Positions 25,784 through 33,579 of a stretch of DNA of 64,000 bases are shown here, in pieces; positions within the stretch are counted from its first letter, which is position 1; each line of letters opens with the position of its first letter. Made by a program: the position numbers and the translations under genes. Under the pieces are notes generated by a model that saw only the letters and a program-made list of their open reading frames with translations, made no database searches and was not told where the DNA came from. The DNA comes from Bacteroidales bacterium (GTDB lineage: Bacteria > Bacteroidota > Bacteroidia > Bacteroidales > WCHB1-69), in contig JAFPVR010000091.1 in the NCBI GenBank assembly GCA_017395245.1, positions 17,072 to 81,071 of the forward strand, written 5' to 3'.

Positions 25784-25967
25784 TCCCGCCCCACCCTCAT
25801 AGGGCCACCCCCTGTCATATTTCCTACCCGACCCGGGGTGGAAATTTCCATCCAAAGTAGGGCGAGCACCGGCACGATTGTCGCTCGACGCCTTTCGGAA
25901 AAAGTTGATTTTGGGTCAAAACGTTGAATTTTAGGAAAATGCGAAAAATTTCATGTTAAGAAATTCG

Positions 25968-26003
25968 TGTCCCATCTCGTTATGTGCGCCCGTTGTATTT
26001 TTG
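25968..26003 (+). promoter_or_regulatory. Phage promoter motif copy 3 (TGTCCCATC-N19-TATTTTTG)
   Basis: Same spacing as copies 1, 2 and 4. Confidence 0.5.
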
Positions 26004-26019
26004 CCGGAAATTCAAGGAT

Positions 26020-26298
26020 ATGGAACAGACAATCACCCGCGCCGACGTGCTGGCCGAGATGGAAAAACGGGAAACCGCCGACAACCGCCACCGCTACTTC
26101 GCCATCCAGTTCTACAAACAGAACGGCGAGTTAGTGACGCTTCCCCGTGCCCGCAGCTGCGGCCTCCGCATGGACATGACCGAAAACCGGATGCGCGGTG
26201 TGCAGCAGGTAGATGAGTTCGGCAACGCCGTCGGCCACATCTATCCCGTCTGTATCGACAATATCCGCACGTTCAACAATGTACGAGTAAAGATATAA
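26020..26298 (+). CDS. Hypothetical protein
   Basis: ORF; ATG at 26020. Confidence 0.5.
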   Translation: MEQTITRADVLAEMEKRETADNRHRYFAIQFYKQNGELVTLPRARSCGLRMDMTENRMRGVQQVDEFGNAVGHIYPVCIDNIRTFNNVRVKI

Positions 26299-26301
26299 GC
26301 T

Positions 26302-27627
26302 ATGGATATCCTATTCAACAAAGCAGGTGAACCCTTGGTGTTTTTCGGCAAAAGCGTCTTTGGCAGCACTACCACAAAGAACACGGTTAAGGAGACTGTG
26401 GAAGAGACTTTCTCGTTCCGGAAGCGCGAGTATGCCGTCTGGGGCGACACCAACTGTTTCCCGGATGACGCCGAGAAGACCATCCGCACTACCAGCGTGC
26501 TGCAGACCGGCCTAAACTACAAGGCCCGCTGCTGCTATGGTCAGGGTGTTGTGCCGGTGAGAGTGACGGGCTTTGACCAAGGCAACAACGAAATCTTCGA
26601 ACCAGTGCGCGACAAAGAGGTGCTCCATCACCTGCGCGGCCTCTCCTTCCGCAACTTCCACACCGCCTCCTTCCGCGACTTAATCAAGTTCGGGAACGCC
26701 TTCCCGCTGCTGGTCTTCAACAACGCCGGCGACAAAATCGTGCGCGTGCAGATCCTCAACGCCCGCCACTGCCGCCTCAGCGTTGACAAGACCAAGTTGT
26801 TAGTCTTCGGTGACTTCAAGCACTCCTCCCCTACGGATGATGCGAAGACGGAGGTCTATGACATGCTCAGCGAGGAGGATCCGTTCTACGACCTCCAATG
26901 GCGACGCGAGACTGGCAAGCTCAAAGGTATGGCCGCCATCGCCTTCCCGCGCCTCAAGAACTACTTCAGCAACAACGACTACTACGCCGCTCCTGACTGG
27001 CAGTCGGCACAGGAGAGCGGCTGGATCGACATCGCCCACAAGATTCCCGAGTTCCTGAACCGCGCTTACGAGAACGCCATGCACCTGATGTGGCACGTGC
27101 AGATTCCCCACACCTACTGGGAGAAAAAGTTCCCGAAATCCGAGTACAAGAATGTGGAGGAGCGCAAGAAACTTATCCAGGACTATATGGACAACTTCGA
27201 GCATGAGTTGACCGACACCAAGAATGCCAACAAGTCGCTATGGACTCAGTACTACATCGATGAGAGCGGTCGCGTCAACGGCGAGTGGAAGATTACCCGC
27301 CTCGATAGCGAAATCAAGACCGACGACCGACTGAGCATGTCGGCGGCGGCCAACAGTGAGATCCTCTTCTCATTGATGGTGAACCCCAGCACGTTAGGTG
27401 CCGGAATGCCCGGAGGCCCATACAGCGGCAACGCCGGCAGCGGCTCTGATATCCGCGAAGGACTCCTTGTTTCCTTGATACTCAGCCACATCGAAAAGCA
27501 GGCCGTACTGGATCCTGTGGTGCTCATGTACGAGTTCAACGGCATCCACGACATCGAGCTCAAATACCGCAACATCACCCTGACCACCCTCGACAGCGGC
27601 AGAAACACCCAGGAATCATTAACCTAA
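26302..27627 (+). CDS. Putative portal protein
   Basis: Size (441 aa) and position in the head module. No motif certainty. Confidence 0.5.
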   Translation: MDILFNKAGEPLVFFGKSVFGSTTTKNTVKETVEETFSFRKREYAVWGDTNCFPDDAEKTIRTTSVLQTGLNYKARCCYGQGVVPVRVTGFDQGNNEIFEPVRDKEVLHHLRGLSFRNFHTASFRDLIKFGNAFPLLVFNNAGDKIVRVQILNARHCRLSVDKTKLLVFGDFKHSSPTDDAKTEVYDMLSEEDPFYDLQWRRETGKLKGMAAIAFPRLKNYFSNNDYYAAPDWQSAQESGWIDIAHKIPEFLNRAYENAMHLMWHVQIPHTYWEKKFPKSEYKNVEERKKLIQDYMDNFEHELTDTKNANKSLWTQYYIDESGRVNGEWKITRLDSEIKTDDRLSMSAAANSEILFSLMVNPSTLGAGMPGGPYSGNAGSGSDIREGLLVSLILSHIEKQAVLDPVVLMYEFNGIHDIELKYRNITLTTLDSGRNTQESLT

Positions 27628-27632
27628 CGACA

Positions 27633-28100
27633 ATGGAACCGAAATTATTCACATCCCAATTGAATGAGTACGCGGAGGAATTCAAGAGATATCTTCCCGT
27701 GAATATCAATCTGCGGTTCGAGACCGTGGCATCGCCACTGGCACTGTGCGAGGAAACATACCTCCGTCCGCTGTTTGGCAAAGCATTGTTCAACCGCATG
27801 GCCACCTACGTGAAAGACCACCCCACGCTGGACAGTGGAGATTCTGATTGCACCCTCATCGAAAAGACACGGTTCGCCCTCATCCGGTTAGCCGTCTGGA
27901 AAGACTACGACATCATTGCGGCCAACATCAGCGACACCGGTGTCTCTGCAGAGGTGGACAAAGAAAACCGCCTCTTCCGCTATCAGGAGGAGAACCTTAA
28001 ACGTGCCCTCAAGGAGGAAGGCTTTAACTATCTGGACAACATCCTGGAATTCCTTGAAGAAAATTCCCAAGAATTTCCGGAGTTCGAGCAGTCGGGATAG
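27633..28100 (+). CDS. Hypothetical head-completion/connector protein
   Basis: Position only. Confidence 0.4.
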   Translation: MEPKLFTSQLNEYAEEFKRYLPVNINLRFETVASPLALCEETYLRPLFGKALFNRMATYVKDHPTLDSGDSDCTLIEKTRFALIRLAVWKDYDIIAANISDTGVSAEVDKENRLFRYQEENLKRALKEEGFNYLDNILEFLEENSQEFPEFEQSG

Positions 28101-28625
28101 GTGTTGGAAAGCTCACAGTTGCTAATCCGTAACACCCGGATGTTCAACACCTATTATAATATAGACAACAGCCGCTTAGTGTTCCTGAAGATGCGTCACT
28201 ACATCCGCGATGTGGAACTTATCGAGCTGCAGCACCGCATCGGCAGGGAGTTCTACCAGGAGCTGCTCACCGCCGATGAGAGCCTGCCGAAGTACGAGGC
28301 CATCCTTTCGTACATCCGCAATTACATCGTGTATGCCTCCGTGGCCGAAGGCATCGGCGAGCTGCACAAGATGCCCACCGATAAAGGCTTGCTGTTCGAG
28401 ACCACCACTATGGACGGTGTGCAGGAGGCTCCGGTCTATCGTGCCCAGATTGCGGAAACCCGCCTTCGTTTCGCCCAGCGTGCCGAACAGTACCTGGCCA
28501 CCGCCCTCCACATCATCCGGAACGCGCCTGCAGACTATCCCGCATACGTCGGTTTCGCTGGCGACAGCCCTGAAGACGGCATTATCCACCGCGACAACAC
28601 CAACCGCAAAATCTTCCTCGCCTGA
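28101..28625 (+). CDS. Hypothetical head-completion/connector protein (GTG start; alternative ATG at 28140)
   Basis: Position only. Confidence 0.4.
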   Translation: MLESSQLLIRNTRMFNTYYNIDNSRLVFLKMRHYIRDVELIELQHRIGREFYQELLTADESLPKYEAILSYIRNYIVYASVAEGIGELHKMPTDKGLLFETTTMDGVQEAPVYRAQIAETRLRFAQRAEQYLATALHIIRNAPADYPAYVGFAGDSPEDGIIHRDNTNRKIFLA

Positions 28626-28628
28626 TCT

Positions 28629-28656
28629 ATAACCAATAACCAATAACCCATAACCT
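28629..28656 (+). repeat. ATAACCN heptad array B (4 units)
   Basis: ATAACCA ATAACCA ATAACCC ATAACCT, ending 6 nt before ATG 28663. Confidence 0.9.
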
Positions 28657-28662
28657 TTGATC

Positions 28663-29013
28663 ATGGACATCGTAACATTAATCGGCTACCTTATCACTCC
28701 GCTCACCGGGGCAATAGGCTGGATCTTCGGTCGCCGCCAGCGCCGGAATACCGCCATCCAGTCCCTGCAGAAAACCATCCAACTGCTCTCCAACACCATC
28801 CAAGACGACAATCAGAAGATTGTTAGCCTTATGAATGAAATTCAGGAGGTGCGCCGCGAGAATGCCGAACTCAAAGCCGGACAGAAGGAGCTGCTGGGCC
28901 AGATAGAGGCACTGAAAAGTGAGAACCGGGAGCTTAACGAACTTATCAGGGCAAACGGCATCAAGAAAGTGAAGCCCGCAATGCGGAAGGATTGGAAAGG
29001 AGACGCAGAATGA
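28663..29013 (+). CDS. Membrane-anchored coiled-coil protein (possible holin or lysis accessory protein)
   Basis: N-terminal TM IVTLIGYLITPLTGAIGWIF followed by heptad-rich sequence. Directly upstream of the endolysin. Confidence 0.35.
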   Translation: MDIVTLIGYLITPLTGAIGWIFGRRQRRNTAIQSLQKTIQLLSNTIQDDNQKIVSLMNEIQEVRRENAELKAGQKELLGQIEALKSENRELNELIRANGIKKVKPAMRKDWKGDAE

Positions 29014-29678
29014 ACGTAATCCGACACAATTTCCCCGCCACGCAATATGTGTGTGAGCGCACCGAGAAACGGCAGATCGTTCTTCATCACACCGCCAGTG
29101 GTCCGGGCGTGGACGGCGATATTGCCTGGTGGATGAAAACCCCGGAGCGGGTGGCCACCCACTTCATCGTCGATCGAGAGGGCAAGGTTCACCAACTCTT
29201 CGATGAGGAGTTCTGGGGCTACCACCTCGGACTGGCTCAGAAGGTCTTCACCCAGATGAAGCTGCCCTACAAGCAGCTCGACCGTCAGAGCATCGGCATT
29301 GAGATCGACAGCTGGGGTTATCTGGAACCGCACACCGACGGCCAGTTCTATCCGGCCAAGTGGAATGGCAGCCGCAGCGTGCCCAATACCGCCGCCAAGC
29401 CGGTGAAGTACTTCTACGAGTACTGCTCCAACCAAAAATGGAAGGGCCACCGCTACTACGAAAAGTACACCACCGCCCAGATCAATGCCGTGCGCGACCT
29501 GGTGCGCGAGCTGTGTACCCGTCACAACATCCCGAAGACCTACAATCCGGATATGTGGGAACTGTCAAAACGTGCCCTCACCGGCACGCCCGGCATCTTC
29601 GCCCACTGCTCCTACCGCACCGACAAAAGCGATATCCACCCGCAACCCGAAATGATTGACATGTTGAAGGCCTTATGA
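29010..29678 (+). CDS. N-acetylmuramoyl-L-alanine amidase (endolysin, Amidase_2/PGRP type)
   Basis: IVLHHTASG...THFIVDREGKVHQL...SIGIEIDSWG. Confidence 0.85.
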   Translation: MNVIRHNFPATQYVCERTEKRQIVLHHTASGPGVDGDIAWWMKTPERVATHFIVDREGKVHQLFDEEFWGYHLGLAQKVFTQMKLPYKQLDRQSIGIEIDSWGYLEPHTDGQFYPAKWNGSRSVPNTAAKPVKYFYEYCSNQKWKGHRYYEKYTTAQINAVRDLVRELCTRHNIPKTYNPDMWELSKRALTGTPGIFAHCSYRTDKSDIHPQPEMIDMLKAL

Positions 29679-30145
29679 CATCAAGCCAATATTACCAGTA
29701 CATTGAAGGCCTCGCCCGCTCACACAAGATGGTGAGGCACTCCGACACCGACAAACACTTCTTCCGGGGCGAGCTGGAGGAGTTCTATATGGATCTGCGC
29801 AACAAGGTGAAGTTCCCCGCCATGATTGCTGAAAGCTGGGAGATCACGTTCCAGGAGGAAAACAAGAAGCGCGAAACCTCCTTCATCATCGCGGCAGCAT
29901 ACAAGGAGAGTAAGAACTGGGGCAACATCTACGCTGCTATCGACCTCTGCGAGCGCATCGGCGATGAGTTCCTGCGCCGTATCATCGCCGATGTCGATGA
30001 GGGCAAGTTCTGCGGCGACGTGGAACTGATGTCGGCCATCCCCATGGTGGATGAACAGCACCTCTATGCCGGTGTGCGCTACACCATCCAGATGTCGTGC
30101 CCGTTCCGTCCTGACCCGGATAAGGATGAATGGACGGATCTGTAG
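29675..30145 (+). CDS. Hypothetical structural protein
   Basis: ORF. Its stop codon lies inside REP copy 5. Confidence 0.45.
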   Translation: MTSSQYYQYIEGLARSHKMVRHSDTDKHFFRGELEEFYMDLRNKVKFPAMIAESWEITFQEENKKRETSFIIAAAYKESKNWGNIYAAIDLCERIGDEFLRRIIADVDEGKFCGDVELMSAIPMVDEQHLYAGVRYTIQMSCPFRPDPDKDEWTDL

Positions 30146-30169
30146 AGACGTGCCATGGCGCGTCTCTAC
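30142..30169. repeat. REP-like palindrome copy 5 (GTAGAGACGTGCCATGGCGCGTCTCTAC)
   Basis: Supplies the TAG stop (30143-30145) of the upstream CDS. Confidence 0.9.
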
Positions 30170-30193
30170 AACGACAGAACCCAATGAACCGAT

Positions 30194-31000
30194 ATGAACA
30201 CCTTGACCTACGAAATTGACGGCCAGAAGACCGACCTGACGTTCCCGTCCTCGATTGCCGAGTGTAGCGGGTCGCAGCTCACCGCCGTGGCCTCCGCCCG
30301 GATGGGGCTGCTCACCGATGAGGAACTACTCGTGCGGCTGTGCGGCATCCCAATCGAGGTGGTGGAGGCCATGTCACCGTTCCAGCGGTTTAAGATCGTG
30401 GAGGCCACCGAGCCGGTCATCCACTTCGAGGGCAACGAGCTGCTGTGGAAAAAGTGGAAATTTCCGACCGTGGAAATCGGTGGTGAAACCTTCTACGGCC
30501 CTGAAGACAGTTTCGGCAACATCACCTGGGGCGAGTTCATCTACGCCGACCAGTGCATGATCCAAGGACTCTACCAGGCCGCCATCGCCGCGATGTTCCG
30601 TCCGGAGCGTCCGGGCTGGGATGGCGAGACAGAGCGCCGCCAGCCCTTCACCGTTCCCGGTACCACGCACCGCTTTCCCAAGTTCGGCGACATGGACGGC
30701 GCACTGGCCACCGCCATCGTGTGGAACTATCGCGCCGTGCGATCCGCCGCCGTCGATGCTGCCTATCCCGCGCTCTTCCCCTACTTCGACCCCAACGCCA
30801 AGCCAGAAAAAGACGATGAGGAAGATGAACCCGAAACCAAGGATGAGCCCACCGAATTCTCCTGGATCAACGTCCACCGCAACATCCTCGGCGAGCACAT
30901 CCAGGATGAGGACAAATTCCTGAACCTCCCTATGCACACCGTCCTCTATCGCCTCAACACCGTGGCCAACGAATCCCGCAAATCCAAACAAAAAACATAA
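30194..31000 (+). CDS. Hypothetical structural protein with an acidic segment
   Basis: ORF only. Confidence 0.45.
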   Translation: MNTLTYEIDGQKTDLTFPSSIAECSGSQLTAVASARMGLLTDEELLVRLCGIPIEVVEAMSPFQRFKIVEATEPVIHFEGNELLWKKWKFPTVEIGGETFYGPEDSFGNITWGEFIYADQCMIQGLYQAAIAAMFRPERPGWDGETERRQPFTVPGTTHRFPKFGDMDGALATAIVWNYRAVRSAAVDAAYPALFPYFDPNAKPEKDDEEDEPETKDEPTEFSWINVHRNILGEHIQDEDKFLNLPMHTVLYRLNTVANESRKSKQKT

Positions 31001-31078
31001 TTCCAAAAAGGGCTGAAAGCCCGACCTATGTCAACCTAGGGTGAGCGATAGCGAGCCCTAGGACAAAACAGATAGAAT

Positions 31079-31603
31079 ATGGCAGACGAACATCTCATGA
31101 CCGACGACGAATTCCTGCGCCAGGCAAAAGCCTGGGCCGACCGCGTGCGTGCGCAGAGCAAGGCCGCCGCATCCGCCTTCACCAAGGGCAAGAAAAGCGC
31201 AACGCACACCTACAAGACCGGGCGTTATGCCGGCAAGACCGAAGGACGGCTGCGGTCCAAGGTGGGTTACGTACTCCGGAAACGCTACGGGGATCTGGAG
31301 GCCGTGAGTTTCAAGATGCCTGTGCACGGAATCTTCCGCGAGTATGGCGTGGGCAACGGGCAGCCCCGCCACGGAGTGGCCACCAAGAGCGGCAAAGCGG
31401 CCTCCAACAAAATCTATATCAAGCGCACCCCCAGCGACTGGTTCCACAACCCCTTGGAGCGCAACATCGACGCTCTCGGCGACCTCGTGGCCGACTATTA
31501 CGGCGACAAAGTGCTGGTGGAGTTCATGAAGTTGGACACCAACACGACCAACACCGCAAGCCACGAAGGAGTGTTTGCAAAAAAAAGTAAACCCAATGGT
31601 TGA
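31079..31603 (+). CDS. Hypothetical head-tail joining-type protein
   Basis: Position only. Confidence 0.4.
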   Translation: MADEHLMTDDEFLRQAKAWADRVRAQSKAAASAFTKGKKSATHTYKTGRYAGKTEGRLRSKVGYVLRKRYGDLEAVSFKMPVHGIFREYGVGNGQPRHGVATKSGKAASNKIYIKRTPSDWFHNPLERNIDALGDLVADYYGDKVLVEFMKLDTNTTNTASHEGVFAKKSKPNG

Positions 31604-31620
31604 CTGTTTAGAAAAAAGTG

Positions 31621-31628
31621 TATTTTTG
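31621..31628 (+). promoter_or_regulatory. -7 box (TATTTTTG) of the moron promoter
   Basis: TATTTTTGCCGAAAA, lacking the TGTCCCAAC box. Confidence 0.45.
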
Positions 31629-31644
31629 CCGAAAATTTCATGCG

Positions 31645-32187
31645 GTGAAAGTTGACAGCAATCCGATAGTGGAAAACCGACTGTACGCCTTCAGGTTTGA
31701 TGGCGATGATGGCAACATTTACGATGTCACTATGGAACAGCTGTATGACAGGGAATGGCTATGGAATTTCTTCAACGAACACAAACAAGACCTTGGATAT
31801 TTTCATGTATCAGATATCTATGATGCCATTGAACGTACCATAGATGATTTGGATCTGATTGACGATTTGCTGCTGGACGGAACGACTGATCTGGACACAT
31901 ATTTCCGGGATTTGTCCCAAAACTATAAGGATCCGTATCTTGAACGGAGCAAAGGCAAGCTGTCACATTTGCCAGAAGTGCGTCAGAACAGCTGGGTACG
32001 GTTCTACTCTATTCGGTTAGAGAGCGGAATCTATGTGCTTACAGGTGGCACCATCAAGCTGACTGAGAATATGGCAGAGCGGGAGCACACCTTGCGTGAG
32101 GCGAACCGTTTGGAACAATGCAGGGATTATTTGATTGGACAAGGAGTTTGCGATTTCTGCGGCTTCAGTGAATTTTTGTGCGAATAA
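31645..32187 (+). CDS. RelE/ParE-superfamily (HigB/Gp49-like) toxin candidate with an N-terminal extension (GTG start inferred)
   Basis: C-terminal [47 protein letters not shown] resembles Bacteroidales RelE-like toxins. Confidence 0.5.
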   Translation: MKVDSNPIVENRLYAFRFDGDDGNIYDVTMEQLYDREWLWNFFNEHKQDLGYFHVSDIYDAIERTIDDLDLIDDLLLDGTTDLDTYFRDLSQNYKDPYLERSKGKLSHLPEVRQNSWVRFYSIRLESGIYVLTGGTIKLTENMAEREHTLREANRLEQCRDYLIGQGVCDFCGFSEFLCE

Positions 32188-32200
32188 ACATTATGGAATT

Positions 32201-32620
32201 ATGAATACATTGGAAAAACTGAAACAAATCAGCGAGCCCGCCCATTCCAATTGGAGAGAGAAGGCGCAATGGAGGAAAGACAACCGCGACTGGCTGCGGA
32301 AGTCCGGCCGGATTGCGGTCGCCGTGCTGGAGGCTATCGATGCAAACCCGGACATGAGCCAGGCGAAACTGGCCGAGAAGATGGGAGTGACGAAACAATA
32401 CATCAGCAAAATCGTGAAAGGACAGGAGAACCTGTCCCTGCAGACCATCTGCAAGTTGGAGTCAGCACTGGGGATCACGCTGGTTGAAGTACAGATTCCA
32501 CAGGCATCTCAAATGGCCACACCTGTTGAATACTGCCAGCATCAGTGGCTTACCTCAAAGCAGATTCTCATGGAGATGACATCTGCTATTGCTTATTCAG
32601 AATCATATCAAGTTGCATAG
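32201..32620 (+). CDS. XRE-family HTH antitoxin candidate with a ~45 aa C-terminal extension
   Basis: [42 protein letters not shown]. Confidence 0.7.
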   Translation: MNTLEKLKQISEPAHSNWREKAQWRKDNRDWLRKSGRIAVAVLEAIDANPDMSQAKLAEKMGVTKQYISKIVKGQENLSLQTICKLESALGITLVEVQIPQASQMATPVEYCQHQWLTSKQILMEMTSAIAYSESYQVA

Positions 32621-32622
32621 CG

Positions 32623-33045
32623 ATGAAACAGATTAGTTTTCTTATGAGACAGATAAGGGTTAACCAGTTCGCCATTCTGTCTGACGATGCGCCCAACGGA
32701 GAAATCCCCGTTGAATTTGGCGTTCAATTCAAGACCGATACGGTTGGAAAATGGATCGCGGTTGCCTTCAAGACGCAATATATGAACGGTTCCGCACCCA
32801 TGTTGTTGTTGGAAATCCAATGTGATTTTCAGGTGAAGCCGGAAGACTGGGATTCCCTTGTCAACGACGGGAAACTGGTGTTTCCTATCGAATTTCTGCG
32901 CCATATAGCCCTGCACACGGTTGGCTCGGCTCGCGGAATCCTTTTCTGCAAGACCGAAGGTTCTCCGTTCAGCAGATTCATCCTGCCCCCTGTTAATCTC
33001 GAAACTATGATTAGTCAGGATTTGGAGATTCCGTTGCCTGAATAA
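32623..33045 (+). CDS. SecB-like chaperone candidate
   Basis: Aligned by eye to E. coli SecB: FILPPVNLETMI against LNLAPVNFDALF, plus preceding beta-strand-like segments. 140 aa. Confidence 0.45.
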   Translation: MKQISFLMRQIRVNQFAILSDDAPNGEIPVEFGVQFKTDTVGKWIAVAFKTQYMNGSAPMLLLEIQCDFQVKPEDWDSLVNDGKLVFPIEFLRHIALHTVGSARGILFCKTEGSPFSRFILPPVNLETMISQDLEIPLPE

Positions 33046-33072
33046 CCAACGGACGATATAAGCCCCCCTACC

Positions 33073-33103
33073 ACGGCCTCCCATCCTGGAGACCGTTTTT
33101 TTT
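33073..33103 (+). terminator. Rho-independent terminator closing the moron
   Basis: ACGGCCTCC-loop-GGAGACCGT followed by a T8 run. Confidence 0.65.
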
Positions 33104-33138
33104 GTCCCAACCCGTTCTCGCAAACGGGTTTATTTTTG
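33103..33138 (+). promoter_or_regulatory. Phage promoter motif copy 4 (TGTCCCAAC-N19-TATTTTTG)
   Basis: Same spacing as the other copies. Upstream of the tail operon. Confidence 0.55.
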
Positions 33139-33157
33139 CCGTAAAAACAAAGCGATT

Positions 33158-33343
33158 ATGGGAGCATCACCACTGCCAAAGCCTTACGTTCCAACGGTCA
33201 ACTTCTGCCGAGACTGCGAATATTTCCAACTGAAATGGAAATCGGAGCTCTCCGACTGGAGTTACTGCGACTATTGGAACAAGGACACCAAAGAAGGATC
33301 CCCTTGCTGTGATAAATTTGAAGAGAGAGACTCCCAATGCTGA
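33158..33343 (+). CDS. Small Cys-rich (zinc-ribbon-like) protein
   Basis: CRDC...C...CC...C pattern in 61 aa. Confidence 0.45.
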   Translation: MGASPLPKPYVPTVNFCRDCEYFQLKWKSELSDWSYCDYWNKDTKEGSPCCDKFEERDSQC

Positions 33344-33579
33344 AAGAAATGGAAAAGTTTGAATACAATAAAGCCGGCCATTGGAATGACCGGCTGTGCA
33401 TATTTCTTTCGGTGCCATCGGCACGTATTAGAATATTCTACCATCCCATGACTCTGTGCGAATCTTTTTGTAAAAGATTATCGCTGCAATAACTATCAAA
33501 ATGGTCTCTAACATCTCTTCAAAATTTTATCGCTGCAATAATACAAAAAAAATAAATACAATCCATAAAAAAAATCTCT

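Noticed and set aside
25784-26019. Invertible promoter next to the serine recombinase
   Set aside because: Only short palindromes (GGAAATTTCC; CCACCCC...GGGGTGG) were seen. No pair of inverted repeats flanks the promoter motif at 25968-26003.
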